Shown: in pieces, positions 1-10,821 of the stretch
Layout of the letters: each line of letters starts with the position of its first letter
Numbering within the stretch: position 1 is the stretch's first letter
From: Botryllus schlosseri
Taxonomy: Eukaryota
Reading direction: 5' to 3'
Assembly (NCBI GenBank): GCA_051294905.1
Contig: CM119372.1
Coordinates: forward strand, 18,414,001-18,478,000
DNA: 64,000 nt
Program-made: the position numbers and the translations under genes
Notes under the pieces: model-generated
What the model was told of the DNA's origin: nothing
What the model saw: only the letters and a program-made list of their open reading frames with translations
Databases searched by the model: none

Positions 1-244
1 ATGGATTTTTGCAACCATTTTTTTCGGAAACCCCAAGAAAACATCTCTAAACAACAGTATGTTTGTATCAGTAGGCTATTGTCAATTAAGATATGAGTTG
101 ACGTGAGTCGCGGGTTTATGCGAGTCCTGAAGTTTGAGCAGTTATGAAATGAAACTGCCTCGTGATTCCTCTAATAAAAAAGATCAAGTAGTAAACCACT
201 CTGCAAATTTGAAGCCCCCCCCCCTCCATGGTTGAGAACCACTG
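1..244 (+). mobile_element. 3' end of a non-autonomous hAT-type MITE
   Basis: Ends in GGTTGAGAACCACTG (reverse complement of the CAGTGGTTCTCAACC TIR). Bases 30-95 closely match 35150-35215, inside another copy of the family. Confidence 0.7.
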
Positions 245-616
245 GACTAGAGACTCCACAAATAGGCGCAATTTTCGAAAATAAGTTCAGTTATCGTGAT
301 ACATCGGTAACATGCTTCGTCCAGTTCTTATAATTTCACACATTAGGTCGCAAACATGCACCAAAACGACTTTCAACTTTACAAAATAAAAGCGTAGGAA
401 GTAAATTATACTGACTGAAAAGTAGTAAGTAGAAATAGACGTAGTCTAACAACATACCCGCTTCAGTAAGTAGCGCAAGTTTTTATTATGTATAAAATGA
501 TGATAAAGTATAAGCAGTTTTTCACTGGCCACCTCTGGATTTATGTAGCCATTCTTACACCATCCACAAACGTAATCGTTGGATCTTTACAGTAATACAG
601 TCAGTCGCGTGCTTAC

Positions 617-835
617 CGCAACCTTTCGCGGTCCCTCTCGTCGTCTTCAAGTTGCCGTTTCCTCCTCTCGTCCTCCTCCTGCTGTTTTCTTTGTTGTCTT
701 TCGCGCTCTTCCGACTCCCATTGCTCCCTCTCTCTCCGTCGACGGTCCACGTCGCGCAACGGCGGTTTCACGTCAATCTCGGCTAACACGTCATTTGGCG
801 GGTTGCCGAGACGCCCCCTGCCTCGGCCTCGCCTT
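617..835 (-). CDS. DCLK3: DCLK3-like kinase, charged coiled-coil exon (RRGRGRGRLGNPPNDVLAEIDVKPPLRDVDRRRREREQWESEERERQQRKQQEEDERRKRQLEDDERDRERLR)
   Basis: Acceptor ctgtttttgtAG and donor GTAAGC; 219 nt, phase 2-2, matching the upstream exon. Gene continues left of the window. Confidence 0.8.
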
Positions 836-1757
836 CTACAAAAACAGAACAGAGTTAGCAGCTCTCAAAGAACGTGAATGATGTTGCGTTAGCACTGCTT
901 TGAAAACCAGACTGTTTTAATGGCGGCCATATCGACAAGCCCAGTCTCGTGTTGTATTGGTCAGTATGGATTGGAAGATATCGTTTGATGTTGGTTTGGC
1001 AACGGATGAATGTTGTGGTTGTAATTACATCATTTGATAGCTAGAGATTGAGATGAGGAGCTGTGTAAAGCACGCATATCCAAAGAAAATGTGACAATCG
1101 GAGCGTTGACGGCCTCATCGGTAATGATGAACGCCATCCCAATTTGCTGTACCCTGCGAAACAGGCTACCATTTCCTCACAAATATAAGTATTTAAAGCT
1201 AGATGATCGATAACGAAATAATTCTACATTTTCGAATGACTTTATAGCAGGCTTTGCCTGACTGTACTACTCACCCGAGTGGTTATGTTGACTTTTGACG
1301 TTTGACGTTGACTGGTTTCGCAATTTGGAATGTATAGCCACCCCCAGTTAACTACTAAAAGTATGCGGACCCTCGACCACATCTACCTTTGTAAATTTAC
1401 TTACTCTTTAGTACTTTTCAGATCTATTATACTTGAAGTAATTTCTTTTCTTAGAATTTGCCATTTATACTGGTGATTTAGTAAAGATTCACGGTGTCTT
1501 GTAAATCACTTCTACGTGTACTTCAGTATCGATTTATCACGTTACTTATACTTGAGAGACAACGCTGCAATTGACCACCTCTAGGTATTTATACCGCACG
1601 TGTTCACTTCATATGTGCGACCTACTATATCCAATTGACCACGCCGATAAGACGGCGTCGCAGGGCAGAGATTCAGATCGAACATTTAAGTAACCAAGAA
1701 ACTTATCGCCCCATACCTTTCTATTCATAAAGCGGGTGAACGCCGATACAATCTCAC

Positions 1758-1925
1758 CTCAACTCCTCCTCCAATTCATCCTGCTCCTTCTCCAACCTTT
1801 CCCGCTCCCACCGCTTCGCCTTCTGCCTGTCTTCCTCCTGAAATTTCTTCCGCTCCAGCAGCATGCGACGGCCGCGAGCCTTGTCCTGGCGAGGCGATCT
1901 GTTCGCCGGGTTATCAGTTATTCGC
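1758..1925 (-). CDS. DCLK3: DCLK3-like exon (RITDNPANRSPRQDKARGRRMLLERKKFQEEDRQKAKRWERERLEKEQDELEEELR)
   Basis: Acceptor ttatttcccAG and donor GTGAGA; phase 2-2; lies within ORF 1754..2173. Confidence 0.8.
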
Positions 1926-1988
1926 CTGGGAAATAACATCATAGATTCGCGTTGGGTTGGGTATGTAAAATATAATTGTGCCTGGTAC

Positions 1989-2158
1989 CGATCACCCTCT
2001 GTGGAGTCGCCGAGCCCGGAGTCGGATTTCGTTGCCTTGTTGCTATCCGGAACGGTCAAAGGTTGCTTCTTGTGTCGATTCTTGTTTTGTTTCTCGATAT
2101 TTTGTTTCATCAGGCTCTGCGCGTACGGCGACTCAGGGTACAGTTCCTCTAGCACTTC
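1989..2158 (-). CDS. DCLK3: DCLK3-like exon directly after the DCX domain (EVLEELYPESPYAQSL...KSDSGLGDSTEGDR)
   Basis: Acceptor ttgtttcttatgcAG, phase 0. Joined to the previous exon it reads VGKEQLTTMDVQEVLEELYP, resembling vertebrate DCLK3 MGKEPLTLKSIQVAVEELYP (recalled from memory). The donor GTACCA at 1988 is inferred; the 63-nt intron is in frame. Confidence 0.8.
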
Positions 2159-2729
2159 CTGCATAAGAAACAAGCCAGGGTTGGAAACGATCGCGATAGT
2201 GTATCTGTATAAGTTATACAGTATAACAAGAGCTGGTCGAAGTATAGTGAGCGTTGGTAATGCCGTAATGCAGTAAATTTCTATTCAATTACAATCATAT
2301 TAGCAATTTCAATGACACGTCAAAATACTTTGAATTGAAGTAGACAATGCAGATCTGAAGAGTATTCATTTGAGTAGTTTCGAAAATAAGGTTAGGTCGA
2401 TGGGTCGCATACTGTTAGCAGCTGATCGGAGACGGCCAATTTCCAAAAAAAAGCCCGACTAACGAAAAATGAACATGACACTACAGTTATTCAAGCTGTC
2501 ATAACGATTTCACTCAGAAAAGTGATGCACGCATAACCCAAAACCACTTTATACTTTGTAATATTTAAAGTGTAAAAGCAAGAAGTTTTGCCTAAAAATT
2601 GGTAGCCCACAACATTACCACTTGGGTAAGTAGTATAAGCAGAGAAAATCTAGTTCAGTACTCGGAAAAAGTAGAAGTAGTTTGTTACTGACTGACCACC
2701 TCTGTTTGTAACTCGGAATGTTGTTATAC

Positions 2730-2838
2730 CTGAACGTCCATGGTAGTCAATTGTTCTTTGCCCACTGCGATGAAGACGTCGTCCTCCCGGAAAAAGTCTG
2801 ATATGGAACGGACCTCCCTTCCTTTCAGGGTATACAAT
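2730..2838 (-). CDS. DCLK3: DCLK3-like DCX domain, C-terminal part (LYTLKGREVRSISDFFREDDVFIAVGKEQLTTMDVQ)
   Basis: Typical DCX motif LYTLxG..V....DFF..DDVFIA.G; acceptor gcgttgcAG, donor GTATAA; phase 2-0. Confidence 0.92.
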
Positions 2839-3222
2839 CTGCAACGCAATATCCTATATTACGGAATTGCGTGACGCTTACGAATTTTGTTTTCATAGTG
2901 TACAAGATGGGTTGAGCCTATATGGGCGTGCTTGGAATGAAAATTTGGGTTAGCCTATTTTAACAACATATATTTGACGTCACACCCCATTGAGGCCTAA
3001 CATTGACTATAGTTGAGTTTTCACCAAATTATTACAGTGCGCGTTACCTCGATATCATAGGAATGAGCCAAAATAAGCAATGGATATTCCAATCCATTAA
3101 AGACCGATATCATATATTTCGTAGTAAACCCGCTGTTGGTACGAATGGTAACTGATATGTATACCCTATTATACAGACCGTAAAAATGTTTTATAAGTAT
3201 ATCATCAAGTATAATTCCTTAC

Positions 3223-3302
3223 TTTCGGATATGATCATTTTTCCACTTGGGCTGACCTAATGCTTCAGAGATGTCAGCTACTAGCTGCTCAAAAGTTTGC
3301 AC
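3223..3302 (-). CDS. DCLK3: DCLK3-like DCX domain, middle (VQTFEQLVADISEALGQPKWKNDHIRK)
   Basis: Matches the DCLK3-type signature VQTFEQL.ADISEALG.P.WKND..RK; acceptor aatttttcAG, donor GTAAGG; phase 0-2. Confidence 0.92.
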
Positions 3303-3912
3303 CTGAAAAATTGAGCCATCCGTAACATCAGCAATTCTGGACCAATAAGGGAGAGATACGGGCGAGAATCGAGGCGTAATTAAATAGGCAGTGACTCTCA
3401 TTGTGTATTGGAAAAATCACCCAAGATGTAGGCCGCAATTTATTAAACGATTAAAATATATAAATACGCAGATGACCTGGAGTGGAGGGACGAAATCACA
3501 ATCAATGTAATAATGCAAATATCTCGGTTGGTCCCAAAGTACCCCATTCAGAAAACAACTGACCTGCGCCCAAACGTAATGTCATCTCAATGAACGGTAT
3601 TGTAGCTCCAGTATATAGTACCAAATATCTATATTTCTCAGACGCTGGAAATTTTTAATGCGAACGTATTGCGCGACTCATGGAATTGCGACTTTGTTAC
3701 ATAGATATAGTCCTAAAGATTTTTCAGAAGGTATTGGTGGTTTCGCTGAGGGATAGCTTGGCTACATGGGGTCCATAATTTACGTTATTTTTAATATATA
3801 TAATCATCGATGAAGTAAGTCGCATGGACAAGCCAAACTCTCTTCTAGACTAGAAACGTCAAATGTAACGAGTATATGCACTTGCGCAGAGAAATAAATC
3901 CCATAACCTCAC

Positions 3913-4071
3913 CGATCTCCTGTTCAACAGCAGGGTGATCTTTTTGTGAGGTCGTATCTGCCCGGCTCTGACAACCGTAACAACCTTCGGCTTCATGGGC
4001 GAGTTATCGGCGTGCGTAGTGTGCGAGTAGTCGGACTTCGGCGGACCGGTTCCGAAGGTATTTGGACGGAA
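3913..4071 (-). CDS. DCLK3: DCLK3-like DCX domain, start (FRPNTFGTGPPKSDYSHTTHADNSPMKPKVVTVVRAGQIRPHKKITLLLNRRS)
   Basis: KP.VVTVV...KITLLLNRRS motif; acceptor cttttcaacAG, donor GTGAGG; 159 nt, phase 0-0. Confidence 0.9.
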
Positions 4072-4448
4072 CTGTTGAAAAGCGATTGAAGATAATTACG
4101 GTGACGACGCAATTTTCTCTGTTTGCTTTAGCCGGACTTGTACAAACTACTGGTTTTTGAAAACTCGCAACAAGGACTAGAACTAGAACTGACGGCCTTC
4201 AAAAATCTGTATTTAATTAACTAAATCCCACCAAACTATATTCAATTCCGAAGCAATTTATTAATTTCTATTTCATCAATATCGGATCGGGTCGACTGAT
4301 AGGGGATGATGGGTTTCGATCACCCAAACCAATCCCCGGCTATGCCACTGCTAGCAGTTATAACTAGCAGCGGTTGCAAGAGCATGGTACAACGGTATCG
4401 CGATTCCCGTCAAACGACGGCACGTGCTTTCCAGTTATTCAGCAACTA

Positions 4449-5279
4449 CCGTAATTTTCCGAACATAGTGCGCCCCAATGTATAATACGCACCCTTAAAA
4501 TGACGTGTATATTCTGGGAATAAGCCTGTACCCATGTATAGTACGCACCATGCATTCGCAGTACATGAGTACATGAATAGTTGCGAATAGTTAGTATTCG
4601 ATGTTGTTGTTTTGCGATGTCACTGTCGAACAATCATGACATGGTGATCGCTAATCATAATACAATTAACGGCATTGTCTCTAAACGAGAGTAGATAGTA
4701 GCCAAAGCCTGTGAGGTCGGCGACGCGATAGCTCAGGTTAGCGACACACGACATCTTGCGCACTAGGCCCATTACAATTACAGATGCGATTGCTCAGGCT
4801 ATCGGTTATGTCGGGCGCACCAGTCCTGTTGGAGATGCGACTGATTACGCAAGCGATTATATCTTGCGCACATGGCCTCTTGTGTATGCGATTGTTAAGG
4901 CCTGTCGTTGACGCGATGAATCAATAAGGATTGCTGCGTACGCTTGTAGCAATCAGCTACCTAATTTCGCTCGCGTACAAACGGCAAACCAACTCATCAA
5001 GAGATCGCGTGCTTTGCAGACGACTCTCGGTAATTAGAGACACGCTTTTCGTTAATTGGCAACACGCTTATCTATTTGGCAGCGCGTTACACTCTATAAT
5101 ACGAATTACGGGGACCAATGGCTAGAGGTGATGCGCGAATTAAACAAACATGTGTGATTTCAAGTTTTTGATCGAGGGATTTTTTTCAAGGCTTGCTGTA
5201 CCCATGTATAATATGCACCCCCATATTTTAGGGCAAAAAATCGGTAAAATTTTGAGCATTATACATGGAAAATTACGGG
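4449..5279. mobile_element. Tc1/mariner-pogo-type MITE
   Basis: 12-bp TIR CCGTAATTTTCC / GGAAAATTACGG flanked by TA; internal repeats of ATGTATAATA(C/T)GCACCC. Confidence 0.65.
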
Positions 5280-5349
5280 TATTTCTTTTTAATGCGCCAC
5301 TTGAAGTAGAACTACAACTATACTCACTTTCCAAATCCAGCATCTAGAA

Positions 5350-6384
5350 CAGGGCTATCAAACCGAAATGTGCTAGCGGGCCATTTTCCTAGTCTTTGAT
5401 GGCGTCGCGGGCCGCAGCACCATAATGGGGCAATTCAATGTATTTCCAACTACGGTAGGTCTTCTTTGACGGGACATTTGGCATTCCTCAGACACACCGT
5501 TAGAATGTGATTTACTATTGTGAATTCACGCCTGGCACGAGAAACAAATCGCACTTTTAAATATTTGAATAAGATTGTTGTTGTACTTGGCATAGTTTGT
5601 CAAAATTATTAGTCACAGACACCATGCGAGAGTCCAAATGCATCATGTGACATCGTAAAAGCTGCCGCGTTAAAATTTTGCGGTTAGCGTACATTTGACG
5701 TGCCACAGTTATGGTAGAATATTTCATAATTTAACAATCTGGTTTCGGGCTCTTGTTACCTAGGCTATTGATCATGTCATTACCAGAGTCAAATTAAATC
5801 AGCGTTAAATTTAAAATCGAATATTGGAACAGATTAATAGCAACTTGGATAGAATGATTATTGGGCCATAGCAATGGAAATCCCGCATCGACGAATGATC
5901 CACTGGTGTTACAGCTGTGGAGCGTACCACTACTTCACTCGCCACCTTTAATGGGCGATAATAGCATGGGCCAAGCGAGCCAAGATGACGCAGGCTACGA
6001 CCTTTTGATATATTACTATTCCCATAACAGTTTGATAGTTCGTAGCGTCCGTGGTTGTACCAAGTCACAATTCCGTCTCTGATTATAACGGTCGATCCGA
6101 CTCAACTCGTGTCATTTCTTTTTTATCACTCATTCAGTCAAAGTTCGAGTAATTCTACAAAAGGTTGCGCCCAAGTCCAAATCCCAATTTTAAGTCAGGA
6201 ATCATCAACGGGTCATGTTTTACCGTCATAAATAGGTGTAATGTGACGAAAGAGCTATTCTTCTATCGCATGGTAACTTTCGAAAGTGATGTGATAGTGA
6301 AGTTTGATGAGCAGTTTCAGGTTTTTGGACTGCCGACGCGGGCCGCACAAAATGATCTCGCGGGCCGCGTGTTTGAGACCCCTG
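5350..6384. mobile_element. hAT-type MITE (CAGGGG..TCAAAC / GCGGGCC family)
   Basis: Ends CAGGGCTATCAAAC and GTTTGAGACCCCTG; degenerate 8-bp TSD ATCTAGAA/ATTTAGAG (6/8); subterminal GCGGGCCGC motifs. Confidence 0.6.
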
Positions 6385-7311
6385 ATTTAGAGCTCTAACT
6401 ACGCAAAAAATACAGTAGTTAGTTGACCATCAACTAAATAGATTGATAATAGTTTGTACGATTCTGACGTTACAACTGTAGTAGAAGTTGTATAAATTGG
6501 AAATAGTGCCAGACACCGAATGAAGTCATAACGTTTCCGCAAGCATACACATGGGATGAACTGCAACCTCCTGTACCACCATAAGCGCATATTGGGACAA
6601 TAAATTCGACAATCGGCCGCAAAACAAACCAAACGCACGTTAGCCCGACTGCTACCCGTTGAGAGATTGATTTTGCAAGATAGGTCCGAAACATTAGGCA
6701 CTCGGCCAGAGCGAATATAGCAGAGCGATCAGAAATGAAGTGATGTGTATTTATTGCTCCATTGAAGTCACGATTTTGTCCTTTTATTTGCGAAAAGACG
6801 TGCAAACAACCCACCCGCCCTCTATAGCTGCCCCTTAGTAACAAGTTCAAAAGTGTCCCAAAAATGATATCTAGTGAACCTACTCGTACGTTGACACAGC
6901 TGACAGCAGCAACATTCTTTAATTTAAATGGTCTGAATCATAACGGAAATTATTGCGGAATTCATCCGGAGTCATTACATACTGGTATTTTGTGGTTATG
7001 AATACTTTTTCTCAGGGATACAATCGCATGATATCATAAGACGACTTTCCTCAATTCGTATAAAGTACTTAGAGTTCATCACTGGAAGTTTCAATTCTTC
7101 AACTTTTCTCGAAATGCACCAATCGAATAATTTTGCACACTGTGGCCTCTCGCACTGCTCATTAACTCTTAGTATAATCTTATGGTTGATTAACAAAACT
7201 CCAGATATGAAACGAGTAAACTAGTGAGTTTTTTTGTAAGATAGAACCAAACGTGACAAAGTTTCAAATAAATGCACGACGCTGTATATAGCTTATGTCG
7301 TGTGTACTCAC

Positions 7312-7460
7312 GCTCCCTTTGCCGTGTCTCCCTGCGGGCGGAGGAAACGTTGATCTTACACCGCCTCGTTGAGCGGGATTGGATGTGTATGGACCGTATA
7401 AACCGGCATGGGGACGTTCATGCAATGGGTCGACATAGTTGTATTGAGGTATTCGTTGCC
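7312..7460 (-). CDS. DCLK3: DCLK3-like linker exon upstream of the second DCX domain (GQRIPQYNYVDPLHERPHAGLYGPYTSNPAQRGGVRSTFPPPAGRHGKGS)
   Basis: Acceptor gcttacattacAG (phase 1) and strong donor GTGAGT (phase 0), matching the phase-0 acceptor at 4071. Confidence 0.75.
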
Positions 7461-7592
7461 CTGTAATGTAAGCATGTATAAAATACTCGATCTGAAAATA
7501 GCACATCGTAATAGGAAAGCTGTACAGAGCTCTGTTTACTAAATATAAATATAAAAATAATTCCGAGGCCGGCCTGTATTTAGAAAGTATAC

Positions 7593-7639
7593 CTTTGGGA
7601 TCTTTCTGATATTCCCATATCGTTGCACCTTTTACATGC
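7593..7639 (-). CDS. candidate small exon (HVKGATIWEYQKDPK); alternative acceptor at 7628
   Basis: Phase-1 donor AAG|GTATAC matches the 7460 acceptor; acceptor choice uncertain. Confidence 0.35.
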
Positions 7640-9174
7640 CTTGGAACAATCATCAGCGTCACGATTTTTTTAATCAGCGTTTACTTATATGAACGCGATT
7701 CGCAGAACAGGGTGGAATTTTAGGAGCATCTGCTTAAGAATCTTTTCAGCATCAATGTCTGCCTGTTGAACTCCTAAACTTGGGTACCATATGGGATGTA
7801 TTTACCGTAGAGAGTAAACCGCGTTGCTAGCGTATAGTCATCATACTATGGTACATGATGATCGTGTATTACTTCGCCATCAGTGTATATACTGTATACA
7901 TTTTGTAAAGCACTAATTTATAGAAGAAGATTTAAAAGTGCGTGTTAATTTCCCCACGTCTGCTACAACGAATATTTCATTCTCGTTGCATATACTATAT
8001 GCGTCACATGAAATTACATCTCTCTGTCTAAATTTTTATCACACTGCTTTTGTTAATTTGATTTTTGACTGCCCGTTACGAAGTAATGATTACTATGCCC
8101 CAATCTTTTGTTCAGATATGCTGTATTTTTTCCTCATCACACTCTGTATGCATCGTAAGATTCGTAACTATTTTCTCTGCATGCATTATTTGTGCGAACC
8201 AAGGCTTACTAAACTGACGCACTATAGCCCGGATGTAACTGTCTTTTTAATATCGCCGATGCCTTGCTGAAAATGCTACCAAAATCTCTTTAGGTGATAT
8301 CCATGAATTCATTGTCAATATGTACCGACTTGGATACGTTTTTAAAGAACTAACCCACCGTCTTGAAATCGTACTGCTACAATAGTCATTGGTTACAGAG
8401 AAAAACACACAATCGATGTTGACATAAGAGCGTTCTGAGTTTAGCGTCTGAATCACATTAACGTCAATCAGCATTTCAGCGAACGGGGCTCAAATTCAAT
8501 CGCCAACAGAAGTACAATACCTCATTGAGAATGCAATGAAAGTACCAGTGACAATGAAGTCTCAAAACATTCACCGGTCATCAAGATGTAAAACAAAAAG
8601 CCAATGTTGTAATAAAGTGTGAACTGTTGATGCAAAGGATTAGTACAGACCGATAGGTCAAGTGCAAACAATATCATCAAGTGGATGAAGTAATGGCGTG
8701 ATGTCATCATCGCAGGTAGAAGAGATCTGTCAAAATAAACTAGAACTGCTTTGAAGTCGAAAAGAAAGGGAGTGATCATAGACTGAGCTATAAAAGTAGT
8801 TTAAATTTTATTTTTGGATAGCCATTGGCTACATCTGAATTCTAAGGTGCATCTCTTTGACTTGAGCGGACTGGAGACCGCTGCTACACCACCGATTTCT
8901 CATCCGCTTCTGTGATCGCGATGCCGAGCGACCAGCAGCCTTGATAGTGCCCCCGTTTACGAAGAATATATGTATAAAAATAATACAAATCCAATTGACA
9001 ACTACTTTTTACCTGACCTACCAAGTAATTTGGGTTTATATACTGTTGAAGTAGAACTCTGAAAGCTTGCTGGTACTCGGTGACCAGGCACCATGCAGTA
9101 TTGAACAAAGAGCAACTCTATTTTATGTTTCAATATAGCGGTGAATCGCTTGGCTTTGAATATATTGACATTAC

Positions 9175-10012
9175 CTTCTCGTATCGGATTCGGAAAATCC
9201 GCGTATAACTCAGACCCTATTCCGGAATCCCAGAACGCGTACGTTTTTTCTACGCTGAAACCACCATCAATATTGCTCAGCCATTTTGCCATGGCGGACT
9301 TGTTCTTCACACAACTCAACACAGAGTCTTCGTGCAACAAGCCCTCCGATATCAGCGAGCTCGATTGTCTGGACTTGGACTGTCTTCTTGAGCTTGGAGT
9401 TTTCAGAAGGGACCTTTCTGATTCCCGTGATACCTGCGCTTTTCTGGGTGCGGCCCATTTGCACCCAGGTATCTCCTTCCTTTTCACCGACACAAAGTTA
9501 AGTTCCAACTTCTCTCGCACAACAAGTCTTTTCGGTCCGGATTTAATGGCTTTACTGAAGTATTTGGCGTATTTCGAGGTGGGCGACACGTTTTTCAATC
9601 TCAACTTCTTCGAGGGTGTTCCAGCTTGTTTTTGGTACGGCGAAAAATCAAATTCAAGAAGGGGCGGTTCGGGTTTGATGTGCTGACCACGACTCAGCAG
9701 ATTGCGAGTTTTGGTGCTTTTCTCCAGCTCGCTGTGATACTCCACAGGATCCAACAACCGACCGGACCGTACCCCGTGCCGCAGCCTTTGGCACGACCCT
9801 AATAGCATGTCTCGATACACTTTCCTACGAGCGGCATGGAGGGCCCGCTCTGTATCACATTCATTTTTTGTCGCCGGCTGTTCTTTCACCGTACATACTG
9901 ATTCACTTGATGATGATGAGACCCCTTGCTCCGGGTAAGTTTCCTTGAACTTGGATTCAATGTCGCCATGATTTCGTATAACCGATTCTTGTACACTAGA
10001 AGAAACCATCAT
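9175..10012 (-). CDS. large low-complexity coding block, unknown function (MMVSSSVQES...WDSGIGSELYADFPNPIRE); candidate alternative first exon of the DCLK3-like locus or a separate gene
   Basis: ORF 9002..10012. The ATG follows an in-frame stop. Donor AAG|GTAATG at 9174 is phase 1, and the ORF beyond it is AT-rich and intron-like. Confidence 0.7.
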
Positions 10013-10821
10013 TCTTTACACGGCAGTATCGTAACGACTAGAGTACAGCTGCGATCCCGTTGGGTAGGACACAACTACACTGACACGAATACTTCACTTA
10101 CGATGCCAACTACCTGCTGTGCAGCTTTCACTATCCACACTTTCCTCATATTGTCCAATTTAGTGTCATGCCGACGGCAGCGTGAAGTGGCAGCGGAAAA
10201 GGGTAAGAATATGCCACTTGACGGGTCCTCGTCATCGCCGAAAATTACTTATCTGGTAGTCCTCACACTCGACGTTACAGAAGAGTCGCAATTTCCGAGG
10301 ACTGAACGTAATAGTTTACGATACTAAGCAATGGCGAAGGCGCTGCTGTAGGCCTACCCGATGGCCTTTACAACATGATATTAACGCCTACCTATGAACG
10401 GCACATCACAGTATAACTGCGCATTGCATGATACCACTCAGTGAACTGAAATCCTCGGTTCAACACACCGTAAATCTGGTCCCGAAAAAACGCAACATGA
10501 CTAAATAAGTACATTGTTTTTTTTTAATTAGAAGTTCATCAAATTTCCCTTTCATGCTGTCGAAATGACAAGACCTTGATCAAGGGAAAGATTTTGACTT
10601 GTAGTCGGGGCGTGATAAGTATTGAATGCGTCGCAACGGATGACTCGCCTATACACAAATCTCGATCCTGACTAACCGTATGGCAGTACCTCCCATTTTT
10701 TCCTATCAACATATAAGATAATGATGCTCAGGTTATTACTAAAATTATCAAGAGTGTGACAGTATATACTGAAAATTATACCGAAAAGTCGCGGTGGTAT
10801 CAGAAGAACAGAAATACTTAC

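Noticed and set aside
579-881. Plus-strand 100-aa ORF
   Set aside because: It is the antisense shadow of the minus-strand coiled-coil exon 617-835.
2357-2400. CTGAAGA...GAAA hammerhead-like string
   Set aside because: No helix III/UH site and no stem I.
6507-6585. Plus-strand peptide CQTPNEVITFPQAYTWDELQPPVPP* resembling a terminal exon
   Set aside because: Poor acceptor and no partner exons.
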